Source of the DNA: an uncultured bacterium
Lineage (GTDB): Bacteria; Bacteroidota; Bacteroidia; Chitinophagales; UBA10324
Assembly: GCA_963977675.1 (NCBI GenBank)
Contig: CAXBPY010000002.1
Location: forward strand, 4,176-68,175
DNA length: 64,000 bases
Direction of reading: 5' to 3'
Shown piece by piece: positions 17,864 to 27,304 of this stretch. A program made the translations under genes and the position numbers. The notes beneath the pieces are model-generated. The model was not told where the DNA came from and did no database searches. It was given only the letters and a program-made list of their open reading frames with translations. Position 1 is the stretch's first letter. Each line of letters opens with the position of its first letter.

Positions 17864-20068
17864 TTGATCCCCGAAAATAAAGTTGTTCTTGTCCTTGCCG
17901 GGCTGTTTGTATTTGGCGCAATCAGTTTCAATTCCCAGATCGCCAACAGGTGCTTCAAATGTTGCATCGGGTGAAATGCCGAGTGACTTATCAGCATACA
18001 CACTGTTCAGGAAGTAACCCCAGATAGGCAGCGCCATGCTGGCGCCCTGACCATAGAAGATTGATCGGAATCGGATGATGCGATCGTCACCTCCCACCCA
18101 TATACCGCCACATAAATCAGGAGTGATACTCATAAACCAGCCATCTGTATTGTTCTGCGTAGTTCCGGTTTTGCCGCCAACCTGGCTCTTGATTCCATAC
18201 TTGCCTCTCAATCTAGCACCGGTTCCGTTATTAACTACATTTTCAAGCATGGTTACCATCACCCACGCAACTCCTTCATTGATTGCTTCAACTTTTTTAG
18301 TGTTGAATTGCTGAATCACATTTCCGCGCGAATCGCAGATACGCTCGATGTAGTAGGGTTTATTATAAACTCCTTTGTTGGCAAAGGTTCCATAGGCGCC
18401 AGTCATTTCATAAACTGAAATATCAGGTACTCCGAGGCACAGTGAAGGATATGGATCCATTTTACTTTCAATCCCCATTCTCCTAGCCATGTCAATCATT
18501 GGCTGCGGGCCAATTTGTTTCATCAGGTATGCACTGATAGTGTTTACAGAATTTGCAAGCCCTTTATACAAAGTATAAATTCCTCCATACTTGTTGTCGC
18601 TGTTATCTGGACTCCAATTATTAAAATTCTCAAATACGACCTTGACATTCGGAACTTCAAAACAAGGGCTGTAGCCATTCTCAATAGCTGTTGTATAAAG
18701 AATTGGTTTGATAGTAGAACCCACTTGTCGTTTTGAATTAATGTTCACATGATCATACTGAAAGTAGTGATGATTCACACCTCCAACCCATGCGAGAACC
18801 TCGCCTGTGTGAGGATTGGTAACCATGAAACCTGTGTGAAGAAAATATTTGTAATACTTGATCGAATCATAAGGAGTCATTACTGTATCTATATCACCAC
18901 GATAAGAAAACACCGTCATTGCGGTAGGTGTATTAAATGATTTCATGATGCTGTCATCGGATGCATGTGCTTGCTTAAGCCGGTAATAACGGTCGCACTG
19001 CTTCATCGCATTTTTAATAAATGTTTCATCCTTTCCCCAGGGTGCACTGCCCTTGTAGCTTTGGTAAAACTGCTGCTGAAGTTCCGCCATGTGTTTTTGC
19101 ACTGCAGCTTCTGCATATACCTGCATCTTGTAATTGATGGAAGTATAAATCTTCAACCCGTCTTTATACAGATTGTAATTCTCTCCGTTCGGTTTTTTAT
19201 TTTCCTTGCACCACTTCAAAAGCTCAAGGCGAAGGTGTTCACGGAAATATGTAGCAACTCCTTCATTATGATCCGGGCTTACATAATTGAGCTTGATAGG
19301 AATTTTTTTTATGGAGTCGCAAACAGTTTTATCAAGGTAGCCATACTTCGCCATTTGATCCAGCACGGTATTGCGGCGTTCGGTAGATTTCTTTGGATTT
19401 CGGCGTGGGTTGTAAAGCGTATTTCCTTTCAGCATTCCAACTAAAACAGCAGCTTCTTCTACCTTTAAGGAGTCAGGAATTTTATTGAAATAGGTGCGAG
19501 CTGCTGATTTGATTCCATATGAATTATCACTGAATGCAACAGTATTGAAGTAGAGGTTAATGATTTCTTCCTTGGTATATCGTCGTTCCAATTTCACAGC
19601 AATAATCCACTCTTTCAGTTTTTGGGTAGCGCGTTTGAAGCTGTTTTTTTCTCTTGAAGAAAAAAGATTAAGAGCAAGTTGCTGAGTAATGGTAGAGGCG
19701 CCTCTTTTATCTCCCAGCATGGTTGAAATAACGCCGCCTACTGTTCCCCAGTAATCAATTCCGGAATGCTCGTAAAAACGAATATCTTCTGTTGCAATCA
19801 ACGCATTCTTAAGTGATGCCGGAATTTCTTCAAATGAACTTTCACTCCTGTTCTGATAATAATATTTTCCAAGAAGAACACCATCTGCACTATACACTTC
19901 AGTAGCAAGTGAACTTTTAGGATTCTCTAATTCTTCAAAGGTGGGCATCTCGCCTAACAAACCATAAGAAGTAAGTGTTATTAATAAAATTATACCGAGC
20001 ACAATGGAGCCCGCTGCAATCCAAATAATGCGGATATATTTTCTGAAAGGATTTTTTTTCTTATTCAT
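17855..20068 (-). CDS. mrcA: class A penicillin-binding protein (PBP1A type; glycosyltransferase + transpeptidase)
   Basis: 737 aa. GT51 motifs EDIRFYEHSGID and RGASTITQQLA. Transpeptidase motifs STIKP, SVN and KTGTTQ. Confidence 0.9.
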   Translation of the reverse strand: MNKKKNPFRKYIRIIWIAAGSIVLGIILLITLTSYGLLGEMPTFEELENPKSSLATEVYSADGVLLGKYYYQNRSESSFEEIPASLKNALIATEDIRFYEHSGIDYWGTVGGVISTMLGDKRGASTITQQLALNLFSSREKNSFKRATQKLKEWIIAVKLERRYTKEEIINLYFNTVAFSDNSYGIKSAARTYFNKIPDSLKVEEAAVLVGMLKGNTLYNPRRNPKKSTERRNTVLDQMAKYGYLDKTVCDSIKKIPIKLNYVSPDHNEGVATYFREHLRLELLKWCKENKKPNGENYNLYKDGLKIYTSINYKMQVYAEAAVQKHMAELQQQFYQSYKGSAPWGKDETFIKNAMKQCDRYYRLKQAHASDDSIMKSFNTPTAMTVFSYRGDIDTVMTPYDSIKYYKYFLHTGFMVTNPHTGEVLAWVGGVNHHYFQYDHVNINSKRQVGSTIKPILYTTAIENGYSPCFEVPNVKVVFENFNNWSPDNSDNKYGGIYTLYKGLANSVNTISAYLMKQIGPQPMIDMARRMGIESKMDPYPSLCLGVPDISVYEMTGAYGTFANKGVYNKPYYIERICDSRGNVIQQFNTKKVEAINEGVAWVMVTMLENVVNNGTGARLRGKYGIKSQVGGKTGTTQNNTDGWFMSITPDLCGGIWVGGDDRIIRFRSIFYGQGASMALPIWGYFLNSVYADKSLGISPDATFEAPVGDLGIETDCAKYKQPGKDKNNFIFGDQYN

Positions 20069-20100
20069 CCTGACTATTTCTATTGGTAATTTGGATTCAC

Positions 20101-22770
20101 TTACAGATTATAATTCTTGTCGAAAAAATCCATGTAGTCAGTGATGTTCTTACTGCTATAGAAGAGTTGCCAATTCTTATCATCAATAACAAATATGAAA
20201 TAATCGCTTTCGCTTATATCATCATAAAAAGACTGACTCGATGCATCAGAATAAAATTTCATTGCGTCATCCATATTCTTCATCTGCTTCACCTGAATTG
20301 CCTGTTGCTGACCAACCATTATGGAGCTCACTTTATAATTAGACAAAGAATAATTTTTAGTTATAAAATTCTGAAGCGAGTCATCCATGTTTTTAATCTC
20401 AGGATCATTTCCGGTGAATAAAATAATAAAGTAATGAGGGTTGGTTTTATGCAAGGCGTAGATCGATTTCGAATTATCTGTTTGCGTAGAATCCTTTTTG
20501 GAATTTTTTCCGCTGTCTTTTGGCTTGTCTAAACCGAGTAGCAATTGCTTTGCTTTGTCTACTTCTTCTCCGGTCACATATTTCTTCACTATGTTTTTCA
20601 GTGAGTTTTTAAAAGTATCAGCCGGTTGAGTCTGTGCAACTGCGAATGAGCGGAGCAGAGCAAATTTTGCTGAAAGCGGATTGGGTTTGAACAGCGAATC
20701 GACATTATAAGTTTTCTGAAGTACGGCAGCATAATTTTTCTGCTGATATAAACTGAAGGTAACCTGGTAATAATTTTCTGCCTGTTTTTCACCTGCCTCT
20801 TTTTTCACGAGGTAATCAGGATCATCGAGCAGTTTGGCAAAATCTGTGTTCGGATAATTCTTTAGTATAAGTTGTTTGTAATTATCCATTTGAACTTGAA
20901 TGCCATCATTCATATACAATAAATACAGCGCATAATAAGTGTTAGGTTCATTCGGAAATTTCTGATATCGTTTCAGCAAATCTTCAAAAGTCTTTTTTGC
21001 AAAATCATAATCACGAAGATCTTCTTTGTAAATGGTGCCTGCATTATAGAGCGCATTCTGGATTTTTAAATCGCTTTTACCTTTTTCCACTGGAGAAAAA
21101 GGGATATCCTTCATCAGGTCATCGCGCGTAAGTTTTCCTGAAGAAGTATTATTTCCATTAGCATCCTGATTGTTGGTTGCAGTTCCGTCTACATCATTAT
21201 TTGCTTTATTGCTGCGGCGCCAGTTGTCTTCATTCACCCGGTTGCCCCACTTTTTCTTAAAATCGTTGTAACCTGCACCCTTTGTTGCCGGATTATAAAA
21301 ATACCAGCTGCCGGTAGTGAGTGTCTTATCTTCCTGCTTGTTGCCTTCAATTACCTGAACATCATTATTTGCTTCGGCCGAATCTTTTTTAAGTTGTTCT
21401 TCATACTTGTCAATCATTGCATCCAAAAACTTATTGAGTTCGTTTTTGTCCATCGAAGCCAGGTGCTGCAAACTGTCTTCGTGAGCCACTACATTAAGAT
21501 TGGCCACAAGCTTGTCCAGAATTTCTTTTCGGTGAAAAACTTCATCGTATTTATCCATGCTTTTGCTGACAAACAAAGCGGTGCTGTCATAAAACTTATC
21601 AGCACTTATATATTGACGAGCATCAAAATCAATTTCTGCAAGCTTGAGGTATGAGAGTGCCTTTTGGCTGACATTGGTTGTACTGGCATCGATTGATTTC
21701 ACAAGGTATTTAACAGCGGCAGGATTTAGATTTTGTTTCAGATACACTTCGGCCATTGTATAATAAATCTGATCAAGGAATTCGTCGAACTTTCCATCCT
21801 TCGAAAGTTTCTCGAGCAAGGCAAGCACATCGTCTGCTGAAGTTTTTCCGGAGCCATTAAATGATTTTGCAATATTGATATAGGAATAGAATTCCATTTT
21901 ATAAGCAGGTTTCAGAGCAATAACTTTTTTGAAATATTCAATTGCCTTATCAGAATTATTGGTAAGCTGATATAGCTGAGCTAAAATATAAGTGTATCGC
22001 TGCCGGTCCTTTTTACTCTTTGTCAGAGCAATTGCTTCCTTCATTGGTAATATGGCTTCCTTCCATCTTTCCTGTTTTATATATAGCTGTGCATTTATCA
22101 AAGCATATTCATCTCTAAGGTCAAACGGAAAATTTTTATCAGTGTCGAGCAATTTCATTATGCTGGCGGCATCGTCGTAATTTTTAATCTCAATATAAGT
22201 TTTAAGAAGCCACAGCAGCGACTGATATCGTACTGGTTTTTGGTGAAGAAAACTAAGCAAGCCTTCGCGCGTTTTCATCCACGGAATAGTGACATCATCT
22301 ACTTTAATTTTTTTTCCTGTAGTAGATTTCTTTTTCTTACTGTCATCTTTAAATGCGGCAGATACATATTGAAATGTTGCGAGTGCATCCTCATAATCTT
22401 CTTTATAGTAATAGGATTGTCCAATGAGATAATAGCAATCATCTACCCACTTGCTTTTCGGGTGCAACTTAGTTACAACAGTGAGGCGTATAATGATTGA
22501 ATCGAAATCACTTTTAGATCCTCCGCTGGCTTCTTCATCTTTAAAAAGCGGAAGCAACCGGGTGTAATCATCTTCGAGCGAGGAGGTCATGTTCTCCTTC
22601 AGGTGATTAAGTTTCAGTTTTCCATAATAATAACCATTATACCGGGCAGTGGTATTATGATAAAACCTGCCGAGCAACGACATCTTGCTTCCGTTTTTGC
22701 TTCCGGAACACGCAGCAAGCAGTAATACGATTGCTGCAGTAAGCAGCACAACTGATTTTTTGTTATTCAA
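20101..22770 (-). CDS. large TPR lipoprotein, possibly PorW/SprE-type T9SS component
   Basis: 889 aa. TTG start, with no in-frame ATG near it. Lipobox LLAACSG, then RFYHNTTARYNGYYYG and multiple TPRs. The PorW/SprE call is from recollection of size, lipoprotein nature and N-terminal motif only. Confidence 0.5.
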   Translation of the reverse strand: MNNKKSVVLLTAAIVLLLAACSGSKNGSKMSLLGRFYHNTTARYNGYYYGKLKLNHLKENMTSSLEDDYTRLLPLFKDEEASGGSKSDFDSIIIRLTVVTKLHPKSKWVDDCYYLIGQSYYYKEDYEDALATFQYVSAAFKDDSKKKKSTTGKKIKVDDVTIPWMKTREGLLSFLHQKPVRYQSLLWLLKTYIEIKNYDDAASIMKLLDTDKNFPFDLRDEYALINAQLYIKQERWKEAILPMKEAIALTKSKKDRQRYTYILAQLYQLTNNSDKAIEYFKKVIALKPAYKMEFYSYINIAKSFNGSGKTSADDVLALLEKLSKDGKFDEFLDQIYYTMAEVYLKQNLNPAAVKYLVKSIDASTTNVSQKALSYLKLAEIDFDARQYISADKFYDSTALFVSKSMDKYDEVFHRKEILDKLVANLNVVAHEDSLQHLASMDKNELNKFLDAMIDKYEEQLKKDSAEANNDVQVIEGNKQEDKTLTTGSWYFYNPATKGAGYNDFKKKWGNRVNEDNWRRSNKANNDVDGTATNNQDANGNNTSSGKLTRDDLMKDIPFSPVEKGKSDLKIQNALYNAGTIYKEDLRDYDFAKKTFEDLLKRYQKFPNEPNTYYALYLLYMNDGIQVQMDNYKQLILKNYPNTDFAKLLDDPDYLVKKEAGEKQAENYYQVTFSLYQQKNYAAVLQKTYNVDSLFKPNPLSAKFALLRSFAVAQTQPADTFKNSLKNIVKKYVTGEEVDKAKQLLLGLDKPKDSGKNSKKDSTQTDNSKSIYALHKTNPHYFIILFTGNDPEIKNMDDSLQNFITKNYSLSNYKVSSIMVGQQQAIQVKQMKNMDDAMKFYSDASSQSFYDDISESDYFIFVIDDKNWQLFYSSKNITDYMDFFDKNYNL

Positions 22771-22982
22771 CTGATACCTGTTTTATCCGGCGAGAATTTG
22801 TTTCAACGCTTTTAATCAATGAAAATTGTTTTGAAAGAAATCAAATATATGGCTGGCAAATGAAGTGGTTACCAAAAAATCCCACACCGGATTGTTAGAA
22901 TGAAATGAATTTGAATTTCAAAGTTTGAGATTCTGCTTTATCGAGATTCCAGAAGAAAACTTTTGTTTTTTGAATTACTATT

Positions 22983-23723
22983 TTGCACCTTCAATCAAGA
23001 GAATTGAACTGGCTCAAAACAATTTACGGAATATATGGAATGCTGATGATAACATTGGTGGTCATTATATCTGTCCCCATTTACTTTCTGGTATTCGCCA
23101 CCAACATTTTCGGAAAACAAACTCCGCATGGTGCTCACAAGATCACGATTGCCGCTTCCAAAGCGGTTTTTATTTTCTACTTAATCCGGGTTCGGGTGAT
23201 GCGAAAACCAACTTTTGATCCCGAAAAAACTTTTGTGTTTATAAGCAATCACACTTCACTCCTTGATGTGCCGGCGTGCGCACTGGTTACTCCCGGAACA
23301 TTTCGTTACCTGGCAAAAGAAGAACTGACGAAGGTTCCGCTATTCGGTTATATCATCCGCAAACTTTATCTGAGTGTGAACCGAAAGGATGAAGAAAGCC
23401 GTGCACGAAGCATGAACAACATGCTTGCCTCGCTTAAGGATGGAATCAGCATATTTATTTTCCCGGAAGGAACGAGGAATAAAACCGATCAACCTCTTGC
23501 AAAATTTTATGATGGAGCTTTCCGGTTGTCATTAGAGACTAATACTCCAATAGTCCCAATGACCATTCTTAATTCGAAAAAACTTTTGTGGAAATTTCAG
23601 CTGCGCCCTGGTTACCTTGATTGCTACTGGGGCGAGCCTATTTACCCTTTGACAGGCGAATCAATTGAGAGTCTGAAAGAGAAGGCACAGAATCAGATGA
23701 TGAAATATTTATTGCATCAGTGA
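22983..23723 (+). CDS. plsC: 1-acyl-sn-glycerol-3-phosphate acyltransferase
   Basis: Acyltransferase motifs NHTSLLD (HX4D) and FPEGTRN. The track start TTG at 22983 lies inside a promoter-like box, so the real start is more likely TTG at 23004 (MNWLKTIYGIYG) or ATG at 23040. Confidence 0.85.
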   Translation: MHLQSRELNWLKTIYGIYGMLMITLVVIISVPIYFLVFATNIFGKQTPHGAHKITIAASKAVFIFYLIRVRVMRKPTFDPEKTFVFISNHTSLLDVPACALVTPGTFRYLAKEELTKVPLFGYIIRKLYLSVNRKDEESRARSMNNMLASLKDGISIFIFPEGTRNKTDQPLAKFYDGAFRLSLETNTPIVPMTILNSKKLLWKFQLRPGYLDCYWGEPIYPLTGESIESLKEKAQNQMMKYLLHQ

Positions 23724-24381
23724 TCTCAATATCTTTCGGGATATCAAACAAGCTATCTGCTACTTCAACATTTTCCCTTATTTCTGTTGCAATCATTTCC
23801 ATATATGATTCTCCAATCTGCACTGTTGAGTGCAATGGAATTTTGTTCCATACTTCATAGCGGCCCTGCAACTGCAAATCAGGATTATCTATAATATAAA
23901 CTGTGCAGGAGCGGCCCAGATTTTCAACCTCGCCGGCTTTTTTAATACCGAATTGTTCCATGGTTTGTGGAGTTATACTCGAAAAATCTGCGTGCATGGG
24001 ATTAAAACTTCCCTTGTTAACTGATTTGGTTCCTGTTTTTTTTTCAGGTGAATAGATATAAGTGATGCTGTTCTTAGTTACCGTAACCGAGCGGTTTACA
24101 ATTTCGCCTCCGTTATATTTCAGTTTTGTATCTGTGATGGCGCAGTATTTATCACCGTATTCATCAAAGTAAATTGTTGTTTCTACATCGGAACCCAGTA
24201 CCGGCTTAACACTTTTCATTGTAAGCTGAGCAGATCTTAATCCGAACTTACGCTCATCTGCAGGCAGCATTCCTTCTTCTTGTTTTGTGATTGTTTCATT
24301 CTTTTTTGAAGAAAAAAAATCACACGAGGTAATAAAAAGCAGAATGAATAAATAGGAAGGAAAAAAAAGTTTGAATCGCAT
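23638..24381 (-). CDS. hypothetical lipoprotein
   Basis: 247 aa. MRFKLFFPSYLFILLFITSC lipobox. Its 3-prime end overlaps the plsC 3-prime end by 86 nt. Confidence 0.55.
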   Translation of the reverse strand: MRFKLFFPSYLFILLFITSCDFFSSKKNETITKQEEGMLPADERKFGLRSAQLTMKSVKPVLGSDVETTIYFDEYGDKYCAITDTKLKYNGGEIVNRSVTVTKNSITYIYSPEKKTGTKSVNKGSFNPMHADFSSITPQTMEQFGIKKAGEVENLGRSCTVYIIDNPDLQLQGRYEVWNKIPLHSTVQIGESYMEMIATEIRENVEVADSLFDIPKDIEITDAINISSSDSVPSLSDSQLIRLSKGK

Positions 24382-24445
24382 TCGATGAATGAAGAGTCAA
24401 ACTTAATGATTGAAAATATTAAACGGAATAATTCTTAACCTTCGT

Positions 24446-25141
24446 TCAATCCACAAACTTGTAACCTACTCCGCGAATGGAGAAGAAATGCTTGGGATCA
24501 CGGCTATCTTTTTCAAAGTACCGGCGGAAGGCAAGAATAAAATTATCAATGGTACGGGTGCTGGGTGTGATGTCGTAGCCCCAAACTGTGGTAAGAATTT
24601 GCTGGCGGCTTACAACTTCATTTTTTCGGTCAATCAAAAGTTTCAACAGAGCCGCTTCGCGTTGAGTGAGCTGGATTTTTTTTCCTTTGTTTCCTTTTGC
24701 TACAAAAGTTTTGAAATCAATTTCATTAGTGCCAAAAGAAACTGTGGCAATTTTTTTATCTTTCACAGTTCCACGAAGACTATGGCGTACAAGGTTTTTA
24801 ACCCGAAGTAATAACTCTTCAAGGTTAAAAGGTTTGGTTAGGTAATCATCAGCTCCAAGTTTTAGTCCCATCACTTTATCTTCACTGGTATCTTTTGCAG
24901 TGAGAAATAAAATTGGGGTTTCGCGGTCAGTGATCCTGATTTTTTCACACACCTGAAAACCATCCATGTCGGGCATCATGATATCGAGAACAATTAGGTT
25001 AAACCGTTGTTCTTTGTGTGTTTTAATTGCCTGCACGCCATTCATAGCAGTCACCACTTCATAGTCTTCCATTTCAAGATTCATCTTTATTACATCAAGA
25101 AGATTTTTTTCGTCTTCTACCACAAGAATTCTGTTTGCCAT
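24446..25141 (-). CDS. OmpR/PhoB-family response regulator
   Basis: 231 aa. REC domain (ILVVEDE, VLDIMMPDMDG, LTKP) plus a winged-helix C-terminus (LTQREAALLKLL...IRGVGYKF). Confidence 0.9.
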   Translation of the reverse strand: MANRILVVEDEKNLLDVIKMNLEMEDYEVVTAMNGVQAIKTHKEQRFNLIVLDIMMPDMDGFQVCEKIRITDRETPILFLTAKDTSEDKVMGLKLGADDYLTKPFNLEELLLRVKNLVRHSLRGTVKDKKIATVSFGTNEIDFKTFVAKGNKGKKIQLTQREAALLKLLIDRKNEVVSRQQILTTVWGYDITPSTRTIDNFILAFRRYFEKDSRDPKHFFSIRGVGYKFVD

Positions 25142-25161
25142 AGTGATTTGGGTTTATTGGT

Positions 25162-26181
25162 TTATTCAGTCATTGGGTCATTTGCTTTTGTTGAAGCTTT
25201 GGGAATATGTATTTCAAATACAGTACCTCTGGGTTCATTATCTTTTACATAAATTTTTCCGTTTAACATTAGCAGAAGTTCTTTTACCATAAACAGACCG
25301 ATACCGGTTCCAGGTGCGGTGCGTGTTTCTTCGTTTCCGATGCGGTAAAATTTTCCGAAGATTTTTTCTTTCTCCGCATTCGAAATACCTAATCCCTCAT
25401 CAGTTACAGATAGGATAATTTCGTTTTTCTCTTCAATGAGCGTTCCATATACCTCTGTTGCGTCCGGTGAATATTTCACGGCATTGTCCACAATATTGTT
25501 GATGATCGTTTGCAAAGCCATCTTATCTCCCCGTACCATGAGTGAAGGTTGTATTTTAAAAAATATTTTTTTCCGGCTTCCATATACTTCATGAGCTTTA
25601 GAAAATATTTCTTCTGTTATAGCGGAAAGATTGCATATACCCGATTCAGGTTTGTAACTATGATCTTCAATACGGGCAGAAAGAAGAAGATTATCAACTA
25701 AAATTTTTAATCGTTCTACATCATTGAGGGCATTGTTTATCAGTTTGAAATATTTTTCGTCATCGAGCTTGTGCTTTTTCATTAAGGTTTGAAGAGAAAT
25801 TTTGGTTGATGCAAGCGGGCTCTTCAGTTCGTGAGTAATTGAAAGCAGAAAATTTTTCTGGCGCCGGTTCAATTCTATTTCTTTTCTGAAACTCCGGTAG
25901 AGTTGAACAGTCCCGGCAAAAAGAAGGAACATCATTACTAATCCTTCGCTTAGAATCATTGTCCGCTGCCGCTCGTACTTTGATTCAAGATCTTTATATT
26001 CTTTTGAGCTGAGCAGCAACTCTTCTGTTGGATATGCTTCTGCGTTTGTTAGTTGCAAAACTTTTTTTTCTTCAAGAAAAGTTTCTTTGTTTTTTTCAGT
26101 GAGAAGTATGGTCCACCAGCTGAAAGAAATAAACATGTAAATCACCATCACATAGAAAAAAATAACCGGACCTTTTCTCAT
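25162..26181 (-). CDS. sensor histidine kinase
   Basis: 339 aa. Two TM helices flank a loop of about 50 aa. H-box ITHELKSPL, N-box DNAVKYS, G-boxes DEGLGI and GTGIGL. Confidence 0.9.
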   Translation of the reverse strand: MRKGPVIFFYVMVIYMFISFSWWTILLTEKNKETFLEEKKVLQLTNAEAYPTEELLLSSKEYKDLESKYERQRTMILSEGLVMMFLLFAGTVQLYRSFRKEIELNRRQKNFLLSITHELKSPLASTKISLQTLMKKHKLDDEKYFKLINNALNDVERLKILVDNLLLSARIEDHSYKPESGICNLSAITEEIFSKAHEVYGSRKKIFFKIQPSLMVRGDKMALQTIINNIVDNAVKYSPDATEVYGTLIEEKNEIILSVTDEGLGISNAEKEKIFGKFYRIGNEETRTAPGTGIGLFMVKELLLMLNGKIYVKDNEPRGTVFEIHIPKASTKANDPMTE

Positions 26182-26293
26182 AACCTAAAAGTATTTAAGC
26201 TTTTTGAAAAAAATTTTTTGAAAAAATCTTTTGACAATAATGTGACAAAGGAAATTTTGAAATGAATCTGAAAATTAATTTTCTGTTCAGATT

Positions 26294-27304
26294 TCAATTC
26301 TTCATTTGGTCAATAATAGGGTTCACATTCTTAAACCAAACGGAAGGAAAAAGCGCCATGTAAAAAGAGCCATAATACCCTGCAGGCAACACGGGACTAT
26401 CTGCATGAGATCTTAATTCATAAAATGGTTTCGCGGCATGATTGTGATGATCACTGTGTCTGGATAATTCAAGAAGCGAAAATCGGCTGGGAAGAAAATC
26501 TGATTGCCAGCTATGGGTGGCATTCACTTTTTCATTTTCATTTCGGGTCAACCCATAATGTTCTATGTAATTGACATATTCTAGAAGGAGAATTGAAATG
26601 AAACTCTGATTTAAAAAGGCAAACAGAGAAGTGCTTCCTAAAAAAAATCCGACATAAAAATTTAGCACCAACTGAATCAATACTATCATCACTACAAAAT
26701 TTTTAAGTGAGAAAGAAGATGCATTTTCTTTTTTTAAACGATTGGTTTCAATTCGGAAAGCGCTGAAGAATTGCTGCGGGATGGTCCTGAATATGAAATG
26801 GTAAACGGATTCTCCGTAACGCGCTGTAGCCGGATCATTTTTTGTTCCAACTAACTTGTGATGATTTTTGATATGCTCAATGTAAAAATGTCCGTAGTTA
26901 ACTTGTATGAGGTTCAGGATACCCAGCATCCTGAAAATTTTTTTCTTCCGGTGAATCAATTCATGAGCAGAAGTTATGCCGGCCATTCCGCTGTTCAGTC
27001 CAGTAGAAACGCTCGCCACCCAAATCCATATTCCGTTGATGGTTCCTGATTTTATTCCGTAAAACATACTGGTCAAACAAACCATCATTGTGATCACATG
27101 AAGCATCAGAATGAAATCTGGAATGAAACCTTGCTGTTGATTTTCAGCTGTGTCTTCCGGAAAGAATTTTTCTGAAAATGTCATAATCACTAAGAGGAAA
27201 ACTGCATTCATAACAGTATACCACCCTCCCAGCAGATTCCCTGAAATTACAAATGGAACAGAAGACAAACTCCATAAATATTTTAGTGAAAAATGCATCT
27301 TCAT
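26294..27304 (-). CDS. AlkB-type integral-membrane diiron hydroxylase (alkane 1-monooxygenase family)
   Basis: 336 aa. His boxes HELIHR, EHIKNHH and LSRHSDHHNHAAKPF, with several TM helices. Confidence 0.8.
   Translation of the reverse strand: MKMHFSLKYLWSLSSVPFVISGNLLGGWYTVMNAVFLLVIMTFSEKFFPEDTAENQQQGFIPDFILMLHVITMMVCLTSMFYGIKSGTINGIWIWVASVSTGLNSGMAGITSAHELIHRKKKIFRMLGILNLIQVNYGHFYIEHIKNHHKLVGTKNDPATARYGESVYHFIFRTIPQQFFSAFRIETNRLKKENASSFSLKNFVVMIVLIQLVLNFYVGFFLGSTSLFAFLNQSFISILLLEYVNYIEHYGLTRNENEKVNATHSWQSDFLPSRFSLLELSRHSDHHNHAAKPFYELRSHADSPVLPAGYYGSFYMALFPSVWFKNVNPIIDQMKN

Noticed and set aside
25152-25167. Two tandem 8-mers gtttattg gtttattc spanning the kinase stop and the leader of the response-regulator gene.
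   Set aside because: There are only two units in AT-rich sequence, so it is plausibly chance. I mention it only because it resembles the stronger leader repeats at 16721 and 51697.
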